DNA of 64,000 nt from the NCBI GenBank assembly GCA_030704615.1, contig CM060731.1, positions 77,438,001 through 77,502,000 of the forward strand, written 5' to 3'. Numbering within the stretch: position 1 is the stretch's first letter; each line of letters opens with the position of its first letter. The position numbers and the translations under genes were made by a program. The DNA comes from Takakia lepidozioides (Eukaryota > Plantae > Bryophyta). The notes under the pieces are model-generated. The model was not told the DNA's origin. It ran no database searches and saw nothing but the letters and a program-made list of their open reading frames with translations. This document shows positions 12,557-23,094 of the stretch, piece after piece.

Positions 12557-13596
12557 TTGTCCAGAGTGAAGGATAATGAAGTACAGGTCTTCTACATAAA
12601 TATGCAGCCAAAAAGTGCTTTATTGAATGGATCACGGAGTAAGTCAATCATCAAAGAACGAGGGCCGAACCTATATTGCAGCCTAAGTGATTGAAAACCT
12701 GCAATCAAGTTGTGCTCCTCAATCTTTGCGCCGAGGGCAGACAGTCCAAGCAGAGTCCGAGGAGGACTGCTCTAGCTCTCTGAAGATTTTAAACATACAC
12801 TGCCCACACTGGGATTTGGGTAATTATTTATGATCTTAGTCTGTGATCCTTCAAATGTCAACAGTTCCACCTATCATAGCCCCTTCCTATTCAATGTCAT
12901 GCACTATAGATAACCCCCTAACGTGTCTTCGACTCTATATGTCATAAACTCCCTATGTGTCTCCCACTGTGGTGCCGATCATTTGTACTTCGTAGCTTCC
13001 TTGCTCTTCCATGTTTGTGTTGCAATGCCTACACCCACGTCCTTTAAACCTGTTAATAAGATGCACACGGTCAGCCCACTGTCAGCCTGTGAGGATAAGT
13101 TAGAAATCAATTAGCATTGACAAGAGCTGCAATTCTCTTTGACATCTTAGGCTGAGTCAAACATGAAATTGCGGTAGTTGACCAATGATAACACAACATA
13201 TGTATGTAGTATCATCTGTGGTTACCAGATGACCCAGTTAAATCTTTCGCCTAAACATCACATGCAGACCGCAACCAGACCTGTCATACCAACTGATGTA
13301 AGATGTACAAACGACTGAAATACAAATGATATGTGCTCCACATGAGATGATATCTCAAATAAGACCAAGAAGTACACCACGATTCTATTTTATGCAAGGG
13401 GGATTGCACTCATAGTTAAAAAATGTTATCTCAAGGTAATGTAAATTGATCTCAATATAGGGTACATGCTATCTCTATGCATAGACACAGATCATGTTTG
13501 AAAATGAAGTGCTAGATAAAACATATGCCCACAATCACAAAAGGTTAACTAGAATGTATGTAAAGTCGACTTACCGCATGCTCTTTGTAAGGCTCT

Positions 13597-14025
13597 TTAT
13601 GAACTCCATGGACCAACAAACATTGGATCGTCCCCCATTTGGGCCCTATAGAAACCATCTGGCCGCACATCCCAAATGCACTGTTTACATGCGACATGGT
13701 GGCTGAATAGTCCGGGGCCCTTCCAGACAACGTATCCTGCGAATTGATTTGTTGGATTGCAGGTGAAGTCACACGCAAATAATGTAGATCCCCAGAAGTT
13801 GTCTTTGAACCCGAATCCATACTGCTGTCCTGGAGTTAAAGTATGGCTTTGCAGGTCATTGTCCCTGGAACGGCAGTGAACGGTAAGGATGTCACAACCC
13901 TGGTTGAATATGTTCACAGACATCTCTTCGCTTGCATCAATGCACCTCATGAAAATAACCATCAGTGCCACTACTAAAAGAGATGCCTTTGTCGGCACTC
14001 CCATTTTGCGATCATGCTTTGCCAT
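13597..14025 (-). CDS. S-protein homologue (SPH, Self-incomp_S1 family), intact, 142 aa, secreted
   Basis: Hydrophobic signal peptide followed by V.I.N..LTVHCRSRDNDL..L.PGQQY.F.FK.NFWGSTLF.CDF and CKQCIWDVRPDGFY, the classic SPH signature. A 3'UTR intron donor sits at 13574. Confidence 0.9.
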   Translation of the reverse strand: MAKHDRKMGVPTKASLLVVALMVIFMRCIDASEEMSVNIFNQGCDILTVHCRSRDNDLQSHTLTPGQQYGFGFKDNFWGSTLFACDFTCNPTNQFAGYVVWKGPGLFSHHVACKQCIWDVRPDGFYRAQMGDDPMFVGPWSS

Positions 14026-14124
14026 GCCTGTAACTGATCTGAAAACTGCAACCAATCTGCACACCCAAAGAATCCAAAAGCACTTGTGACCAAAAGAGAT
14101 GCAGGGACAAGGGAAGGCACTCGC

Positions 14125-14131
14125 TTCTATA
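14125..14131 (-). promoter_or_regulatory. TATA-like box (TATAGAA) of SPH copy 2
   Basis: Context GATGGGCTATAGAAGCGAGTGCCTT, about 100 nt upstream of the ATG. Confidence 0.6.
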
Positions 14132-14542
14132 GCCCATCGACTCTCCCCCTCACGAGCCATCTCTATCCTCCCGAGACCCCCCTCCCGCCAGCTCGAGTGG
14201 ATACCCAGATATTCTCGAAGATATTTTGTGAAGATGCTATAGTGGTATGAATATTAGAATATTCTGTTCATGATAAAATCTTCAATCCTCTTTCATTATT
14301 TAGACAACTCAAAAATTAATTAATTAGTTCGGGGATAAGATGTTATAAGTTATAAGCCTGTGGAGATGCCAACGTGCAATTGGAGCAAAAGAAAAGAGTC
14401 GACTAGCCTTCTTATCGTTCGTGTCCAGAACATTCGCCAGCATCTGACGGAATCAGTAAATATCTTCTTAAAAATAGTCGGGTGCTTGCCTCTGGAGGCT
14501 GCTGATCTGGGCTGATCTCGGGGGAGGAGAGGAAGATGGGGC

Positions 14543-14549
14543 TATAAAA
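14543..14549 (+). promoter_or_regulatory. TATA box (TATAAAA) of the peptide-precursor gene
   Basis: Followed by a pyrimidine-rich leader, a donor CAG|GTATTT at 14627 and an acceptor TGCAG at 15366. Confidence 0.65.
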
Positions 14550-14754
14550 GCGGGCGCCCTCATCTTGTCACTTCATCTCTGTCGCTTCTACTTGTGAAGA
14601 ATGTTCAGTGGTTGGTTGACACACAGGTATTTGCCCTTCCACTCTTCATTTTTGTGATTTTCATGAGATCGTTTTCTTCCATTGGATTTCCAGATTTCTC
14701 CTGCTAATCACGGCTCTGCCTAGCTTCTTTCTTCTCTCTCACAAGTTGCTTTTG

Positions 14755-14860
14755 GGCTGTTTTTTTGCTCTGGTTTTGTTTCCTCTCTCATGTTTTTTCC
14801 ATTTTGTCCCATAAGCTCTATTTCCGCGGACGTTATGAAGTACCATTTCATTTCATTTTC
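14755..14860 (+). mobile_element. LINE 3' tail fragment in the 5'UTR intron
   Basis: Matches 10955-11060 (CATTTTGTCCCATAAGCTCTA..CCGCGGACGTTAT..CCATTTCATTTC). Confidence 0.8.
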
Positions 14861-15415
14861 CTCTATTGCATGTTCTCCTAAGCTACCCGTATGTAGTCCA
14901 TTGTGTGGTTCTGCTTCCAGTTTTGTTTGGTAGATCGACTCTCGTTCGCCATGCCCCTGAAGTGTTAATGTGCTACTGAAGTGCCTAGTGATTGGTGTTA
15001 TCCAATACATGAACAAGTCGAGTACTTAAAAGCATATAATGAGTCATGAGTTATATCAAGACCTGAGCAAGACCTCCAAAACATGAACTTCATAGTATAG
15101 CTATCCAGTGATACACGTGAAAGGGTATACTCATAGCTGACCATTGAAACCAGAGTACGTTAAGGAAACGGTTCGGGACCCAGCAAAACGAAGGATATCG
15201 ACGTAGCACTCGGGAGGATGTAACGATGACAATGTACATCTCTCAATATGACTAAAGATTTGTCATTTTGTTGATCAGCCATGATACATCTACCTATTAC
15301 ACATTAGACGACTCTAACCAACAAAAATTTTCCTTACGCCTCTTGACGAGAGATAGTGGCGTGCAGGACCTTTCGAGCTTCCAATCTCAAGCACATTCGA
15401 CTCAAGACGACCATC

Positions 15416-15934
15416 ATGGCACACATAATGCAGCTGAGGATGGCCCTGTTCGTCAACCTTTTGGTCTTCGTGCTGCTTGCACCAGCCACAAACTGCTCTC
15501 GACCCAGCTTCCTCGGCGTGCATGACACTAACGGTGACACTGGGCCTCATGGGATCATACGGCCTATAATACGGCACTGGCCGCCTCCTAACGTCACGGC
15601 CATCGGTGACACTGGGCTTGATAAGAGCATAAGGCGCGTCCCGCCTCCTAACGACACGGCCACCACCACTTTGCAGTTGGATTGTATCCCGACTTTCCGC
15701 AACCCGCCGCCTTTCAACGAGTCCACTACGTTGATGGATTGTGTCCCGACTCTCTGCAACCCCCCGGCTTTCAACGAGTCCACAGCAAATATGCTGAACT
15801 ATGGACATCCCGTGCCAGCAAAGAGGTTGAGTCCGTCGACTGAGCTGAAAACTAGCGCCGCCTTTGAGAGCACTCTGGATTATGAAAATCCCAAACCAAA
15901 TCCAGCGCATGACATGCCTCCACCTCCTCAATAA
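15416..15934 (+). CDS. Secreted signalling-peptide precursor (172 aa) with a C-terminal PSY1-like peptide and internal RGF/GLV-like repeats
   Basis: Signal peptide (ALFVNLLVFVLLAPA), four Pro-rich modules and a terminal 18-mer DYENPKPNPAHDMPPPPQ matching the PSY pattern DYxxPxxNPxHD. Confidence 0.75.
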   Translation: MAHIMQLRMALFVNLLVFVLLAPATNCSRPSFLGVHDTNGDTGPHGIIRPIIRHWPPPNVTAIGDTGLDKSIRRVPPPNDTATTTLQLDCIPTFRNPPPFNESTTLMDCVPTLCNPPAFNESTANMLNYGHPVPAKRLSPSTELKTSAAFESTLDYENPKPNPAHDMPPPPQ

Positions 15935-16402
15935 ATTCTGAGGTTATGGATTGCGATAGTTAAGGTGAGTGCACACATGGAGTTTGCTGTAGAATGTACA
16001 GCATATCGGAATGGCTGCGCTCAACTGATCTCCGGGAAGGACAATCTCAAGTTGTAATAAATTGCGAACTATTGATGATTGATTCCTAGTTGATTCCACA
16101 AAATTACCCAAATCCCAGTGTGGACAGTGTTTAAAATCTTCAGACATTCCACTGCACGTAACACATCTCATTGCCAGGAAGAACATATCTTCTGTTTCTG
16201 GTACTGTTCCATCTGGGACTTAGCTCGCATCTTCTTAGTCGACCGTTCCCTTTTGTATTGTCAATGAATAGAGAATGATCTAGCTCAGGATATCGTTCGA
16301 TTTCTAGTCTCAAGGTTTTCTAAATTGAACTGTCAATACCAGTAGAGATCTGCACGAATTTTCTGCACGATCTGCGTGCGAGATCTGCATTCTCTGAGAA
16401 TT

Positions 16403-17154
16403 CCCTGGGAATTGAAGAATTCGAAAGGGAGGATTCAGTCTGGTGATGCATTAAACCCTCTTAAGCCCCACTCTTACTGCATTTGTGCTGCTTGTCAGAA
16501 ATGACATTTCAAACCCAAATTTTAATCTGCAGATGCATACGGTTCTGTGCACAGGAATTGGAAGAGGGAGGGTGGAGAGAGAGCGCGAACCTTGAGGTAG
16601 CCTTAGTTGAAAAGAGATTTGTGAAGAAGGAACACGGTTCTAAAACCATCCCCAGAAAAGGCTCTTAAGGAAAGAGGAAGGTCATGATGCTCAAGAGAGG
16701 CCCAGATTAGGAACCCAGCAAGCGACGTATCAAATGGCCTTTGCCCCGGCATTTTTATCGGTTCAATGAGCTGTCTTCACCAGAAATTTCTCTCTTCTCC
16801 ACGACCACTACAATGTGGTGCTCGTTATGTCGAAAGAGAAAGACGCCTGTACCCTTGGGAAGTAAGGTGATGAGACATCTCACTTTCTCTAACTAACTCT
16901 ACGAAACCATCCCCATGACTTCTTCACTCATCGGTCTATGACTTCCAAGAAACGTGCGGAACAGGCAGGAGAGAGCACGACTGTAGATCCACGACATAGC
17001 TTCCGGATTAGGGTTATATGGGTGCGGGGTCTTTCAACCGCGAGTAAAAAAATGTAGAAATTTATCAACTCCAAGTAGGTTACTAGAAACGACTCTACTT
17101 ATACCTCCGGAGATGTGGGCATATGTGCAAACGATATGGGATATATCTCCTGCA
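16403..17154. repeat. ~750-bp dispersed direct repeat, copy 1
   Basis: Highly similar to 34946-35708. Confidence 0.9.
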
Positions 17155-17933
17155 AAATAAAAGCTAGTGATTGAGAAATCTGGCGCTTATAAGCAATGAC
17201 GAGAAGGCTCAAAAAAAGCCGGCGAGGGTGATATGTATTAATCGCGTACCATGCACTAATAAAACAAACTGGACAATGCATATCTTTGGGTGTCTGTTTC
17301 ATTCTACAGCAGTTTTTTTGGATATCTTTGATGGCTGCATAATAATTTACATGTGCAGCTCACAGATTTTCAGGAGTCCTCTGTGTTGCTCTCAGTCTTT
17401 GCCTTCTCCAATGAAGTCATGGATTTTGGGGTTGTGAAAAAGATGTTCATTCTTGCCTTTGAATTTGTGTGTTGTGGAGCACAGGTGACCAGTGCTGTGC
17501 CTACTCCTCCACCAGAAGCAAGATAGAGAAATCTCTGAAGAGATCTTGCGGAAATCATCTGACTTGTTATGTGTGTATAAAGTCAGGTTTCCTTCAGCAT
17601 TTTGCATCCAACAATTTCCTGACACTGTAGCTACATGACTTGCTCAAACCACGGAGATATTCTGTCTCCTTACCAACCTCGTCTTGATGTCTGGTCAACT
17701 GCAAGCTAATGCAAAAATGCTTTGGTTACAATCTCCAGCCATGGCTAAACAAACTGTGATGTTTTTGTCGGCACACCATTCTGCAAAATCTCAGTGGCAG
17801 TAACATGCATCTGAGGTATTCTGACTGAACACATGCCTTTGAAGCAAAAAACTCTTTTAGAGAACACTAAGAGCACACAAATTTGAATGAAGGAACCAGA
17901 AGTGTAGAACTTTTCATCAAATTTTCATAAAAT

Positions 17934-20900
17934 TCAGGTAGTTGCCAACTCCTTGATTTGTTCGATGTTGAGCGTACCAAATACAGTGTCATCTACAACA
18001 GCTTTGATAACTGCAGCAGCCACATCCTCCACATTGACAGGAGGTACCAACACGAGGTCGGCTGCTGGTAGATTTTGAAATGGTCGAGTAAACGTCTGCG
18101 TCGCTGCGAGTAATTTCTCCAAAGGCTCACCAACTGCATCTAGAGGGACGTCGATCCCATTTACCCTTCTCTTTCCATATATAAATCCTGGTCGGAGAAT
18201 TGTTCCTGTGCATCAAGTGTAAGTGTACTGCATCATCATACCTGAGGACTAGACGTTTCCCACGAACTGTAGTTAAACAAGTCTTTCTGAGTTACCTTCG
18301 AACTAACTTGGCCAGGGGAAGGAAGATCTGATTGAAGCAGCGCCATGCGGACTCACAGAAAGCACAATATAGATAGGTCTGGATGAAATGGCCACCTTGG
18401 AGATCGAGTACTAGCAAGCATCAACTTGAGCACATGGCTTATTAGCCCAGCTGTACTGTTTGTTTCTCTCAATATTAAAGACACCATCAACCTATGACCA
18501 GTGACTGAGAGAGGGAGAGTTTGACAGAACAACTAGACGTCCGATCCAACTGGATGCAAGAGTTCCAGAAAGTTGACATTGGGCCTTCCTCCAAGGGCCC
18601 TAAAACAGAGTTATTGGTGAGGATTATCATCTACTTGCTTCCAAGCAGTTGCCTGCATGCAAAATTCTTGCGCTAAAACCAAGCTCCATCATCCACTTTA
18701 GTATTAAGTAAGGCTGTTCCTACTCGTATTGTCAGATTTGAAATCATATTAGTTGGAGAGGAGGGAGGGAGGATGACACGAGAGCGTCAAACAAGCCTCA
18801 CCAGAATTTGGATAGACCGACAAAATTTGAGCTTCAGCTTTCCTTTTTCCAGCAAAGTAGCCATTATTTAGCACAATGGATGGCAGTCTGTAGTCGTGCA
18901 CTGAAATATAGACAAACTTTGGGATCCCTGGCATTTGCATACACTTCCTGATCAGTCAAAGTTGAAAGTGGGCACATGCTTCCTGGAACAGGCCTACCCA
19001 AAGGTCAACCTGCAAACTATTGGCTACCTGAGATAATCACCATAGATAAACAAACACCCACCTTCAACTGATTGAAACACAGAAGATGATTTATTCATTA
19101 GGGTTCGATTGAGGTAGCTTACGACCATAGCCCTGAGCTCAGTTAGGACAGCAGAAAAATGGAGGGAGGGAGGGGGGAAAGCTCAAGGATGCAGTACCAA
19201 CAAGGTTTTCAATTTTCACCTTATCCGAGACAAAGAAAGAAAGAAGTCTACCATATGAGTGGGGCCCCAAAGGAATAGAACAATTAAGCTTTATTACGGC
19301 CACAAGAAGCCCAAACAGCTTATAGGGGAGAAAGAAAGAAAGAAAGAAACTTTATAATGTCCACGGAAGCTCAAAGAGACAGATAGTCAGTGCAACTCAC
19401 CAGCCTTGCTTGCAGCAGTGACAGCAACAATGTTGGCGCTAGCATTCACCTTCTCCATTTCCTCGTTGGTCCCAAAGCCTCCGAGTGTTGACACCACCGC
19501 CGTCACCCCATCAAGCAGCGCATCCCAGTCAGTAACAAACACATCACCTGCATTCAACAATATTGACAAATCCCTTCAACACAAGTCCAGAAAGAGTGAA
19601 CCAAAATCAACTTTTATTTGGAATGAATACACAGCATGGGTGTAAGACACTGCCCAAGTAGAATTTAAAACATCAAAGGAAACGTGCCTGAAACCCATGT
19701 GACTTTATCCACCCAGACGGCCGAGTAGGATGGCCGCCCTGACCTGCCCCAGCCACCGAAACATTTTTTCTGAGATATCTTTTGATTCAAGAAAACACCA
19801 GTGAGCATAGAGCATTATTCTCTCTTTCTCGTGCTCCTTTGGAAATTTAATCAGAGTGGGTTCCCGTAGTATCCAGATTGATACACAGAGATGGGCTGGG
19901 ACTGCTCAGGAATTACATCAAGAACTACTTCCTTTTCTCATGTCATGTCCCTACTACTAAGAGATCAGGGGTAGGCATTAGTGTCCTTTAAGAGATTCTC
20001 TCACATTGACCGAGCCCTTTAGCAATGAGGATCTGAATTGCCTTGCACCCTACCTGCAGGAGGCACTCCACCTTCAGGCCACATTTGAGGAGTTCCTTGA
20101 TTCTATGATTCTGTTTTATCACCACACGAAGTAGTTCTATCATTCTGTTCTGTATCCTTGGCTCCTTTTCCTGGGCCTCCTGCAGATGTGATAAATATTT
20201 CTCTTTCTCTTTCTCTCTCTGTTTCTCCTCCTCCCTCATCCCTCCCTCCCGAGAAACAGGTGAATTGGTGCAGTGCTGCATATTGGCCGTATGAGCCGAA
20301 AAGACGACCATATCTGCAGGACATGACTGACTGGTATAGAACAATAACAGAGACAGAAAGAAGGTCTCACCTACTGAGACTTACAACCTCGATACACTGT
20401 GACACAGCTGCCTTGCACACAGCTGAGCCCACAAAGCCACTACCCCCTAGCACTAAAATCTGCATGACACATGGAGAAGGCATTAGTCATGAGTTACATT
20501 CTAACCTCTCTGCTTGCACTTCCCGTTGCCTACGTCCTTCGTCTGCTTAGCCATCAAGCCCAGAAGAGAGTGGCACGAAATACACAAACAAGCAATATCT
20601 CACAAGTGCTACACAAGGAAAGACAGATACACAGTTGACAGCATCTCTCAAAAGTACCGTGAATCTTGCAGAGCAAGATGTGCACAAAAGATGCATGTAT
20701 CTTTTGTATCAAACAATGCATCAAAAAGATACAAAAGATGCATGTATCGATGGATATCAGATGGATATGGAAACAGGAGTGTGGCACCTTCTCTGATTTG
20801 ACCTCAGCCACCACATCAATTGGAGCTGACGCAAAGTCAGGGCTACTGGTACCTGTTGAATATGTACCCTTCACCTGCCTCCTGCACATGTAATATATAT

Positions 20901-21813
20901 GTAAGCATCATTCTACTCGCTTGCACTTGAGGGAGATGCCTAAAGAGTAGAAGGTCTATATTTTGCAGCAGATTCATGCTCCAGCAAGAGAGTCTTCTGG
21001 AGGAAATCAGGTCGGAAGCAACTCTGTTTACAAATGAAGTCCCATTATGAGGTGGCAGCTGTTTATTGTGGGCGAAGGCATGGATAGTAAGCGAGTACAC
21101 CATCATCATATTTCTCTCTCACATACATACAAATCTATGGCATTTAGTATTGTGGAACAAACCTTCTTTCACGCCCTTCCAACAAATCTGATCGGAAACT
21201 GCCTCCGTTCGCTAAGGGTAATGCAACAATGTGTCCCTAGAGTTCACTTCACTGCATTACAGATTCAGTGATGATTGGATGGTCGAATAGTAATTAACTG
21301 ATGATTGGATAGTCGATTGATGCACAATCTCCATGGATGAAGTACACCAATACCAGGAATCCGGATGCAATGTGATGTTCTACGTGGGATGATCACATAT
21401 TGCCACCAGATAGCATACTGCTCTTGAGTGCCAAATACTGGAGCACAGGAGACCTGGCTGACGAGATAAATCTCTCCAACTAAGATAGATTCGTGCAGAC
21501 ATATTCATCAGGCCAAATTGCACGTACGCAGGTCTCGTCACAAAGCCAGACCCAAAATCCCTCATGAGAAATCAGCACTCTAGATTGGATAATGGGTAGA
21601 CCTGAATTAATCACGAAGACTCATTTCACAAACTACTTACCAGCTGTGCCCTGGCGAAAAACGCTTAACTAGAGGCCGGCAAATTCCATCGGAGCTCTCG
21701 GTCCGGCGCCCCGAAAAGGCAAGGGCCTGTGCAGAATGATGGTGAGTTCCTGAAATCCATTGCGACTGCAAAGCCACGCCGGGCGCAGGCCTCGAGATAG
21801 TAGCGGCAGCCAT
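17934..21813 (-). CDS. NAD(P)-binding Rossmann-fold protein, At1g32220-like, probably plastid-targeted. Exons: 21813-21641, 20881-20788, 20459-20371, 19743-19688, 19547-19401, 18927-18802, 18205-17934
   Basis: Exon phases join in frame. Motifs ILVLGGSGFVGSAVC, TAVVSTLGGFG, GYFAGKRKAE and LRPGFIYGKR are present, with an Ala/Ser-rich transit-like N-terminus. Intron 4 is GC-AG. Confidence 0.9.
19280..19380 (-). mobile_element. Two stacked LINE 3' tails in an intron
   Basis: The reverse strand reads GAGCTTCCGTGGACATTATAAAG(TTTC)n, immediately followed by CCTATAAGCT..GGCTT..GTAATAAAG. Confidence 0.6.
19995..20235 (+). mobile_element. 3' fragment of a related LINE subfamily in an intron
   Basis: Translates to TLTEPFSNEDLNCLAPYLQEALHL, comparable to the LINE ORF2 end TLTDVFHYEDKKCVAAYLHEAFTL. 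The tail CTGGGCCTCCTGCAGATGTGATA(TTTCTC)n also occurs at ~6380-6435. Confidence 0.7.
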
Positions 21814-23094
21814 AGCCCGAGCTGTGCAACAACGGAGACCAAGTGCGTGCACAAGGTGCACGGACCTCGGATTGTACACTACATGTTCCTCACCCACACA
21901 TCCAGTTTCACTGCTGAGATGTCATCCTCCAAAGGAGAGGTTGAGGCAAGGCCCATTAGGGCTCCAAATAAGGAAAATCTGAACTCTACAGGCATGTTGC
22001 CACCATATTTAGAGAGATTGGACTCTAGGCCAAAGTAACTAAGAGCCACTTCACTTTGCAACCTTTGTGGTTAGGGCGCTACAAAGAATTCCGGGGAAGC
22101 TACGCCATGAGCATGCTCACGTGAGCCTATGAGCCCATGCTCACATTTTACCACTAAGTGTGAGCTTGGGCGTCACGCTTAGCGGTCATGAGCGCGCAGA
22201 GTGGTGCGGTATTAGAAAGGGTGCCTATATCCGAGGATAACTGCAGACATATTCCCACGAGAATACCAGCAATGCTATTTGGAAAATTGAAAACGTATTG
22301 GTGCATTCATTATGTTCTTGTAATTAGGTGTGAGGACTCATGATGTGGGCGTTGACGACCACACAAGGTAGAGGACCCATTATGGACCCTTTAAGTAGTT
22401 TAGGGTGCTTCTAGTGGCAGATTTCGCATTTGTTTTTGCATTTCGATTAACAAATGAAAACTATTGGGATTGCCAAAGTTTCAGGATTTTTTGACTTGGT
22501 GTATAATTTTTGTGAATTTTTAAAGTAAAAAATATAAAAATAACCCACTTATGACCAATAGCCCCAACCAAGTGTGAACAGAACGCATGCTAAAACGACC
22601 TCATGATTATGGTAACCCAGATCGGCGACATCATATCAACAGTTTGGTAAAGGTGGCAAGAGTGACTCAGCTACTCTAGTAAGAAAATCAGTAAGCATCA
22701 TTAAATGCACTTTCTACTGCCCCAATTCAGCCCATCAGCCTTTCAAAAACTGGCAAGGGGGGGTGAGTTGAGGCGGCTAGAGCCATCCTCTCTCAAACCA
22801 CCGTGCATCTAAAACATCATTGAGTGTCTCTCAAATATATAACTCATCTTCCCCATGTCAGATCGTCATCATCCCATCAACTGTCCAACTTATATAATTT
22901 GATCATCCTCAAGACGGCCCCTCCCCTACCATGTCATACATTCAGCGCATGCTGGACTTTGGTTTTTAAAACTTGCAGACAAATGGCCCGCCTTTTTATC
23001 ATATTAGCTCACTTGGTGTTTTTTGAAATGGCGCAGATGAGCTTTGAATTTGGATCGCAATTGATTTGCACCTAAACGGGCTGATCTCCTGTGG

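Noticed and set aside
14026-14160. N-terminal extension of SPH copy 2 in the ORF track
   Set aside because: It spans the TATA box. The paralogue and signal peptide support the ATG at 14025.
15314-15931. 205-aa antisense ORF, and other antisense shadow ORFs over TEs and exons
   Set aside because: These are shadows of the sense coding or repeat sequence with no recognisable motifs.
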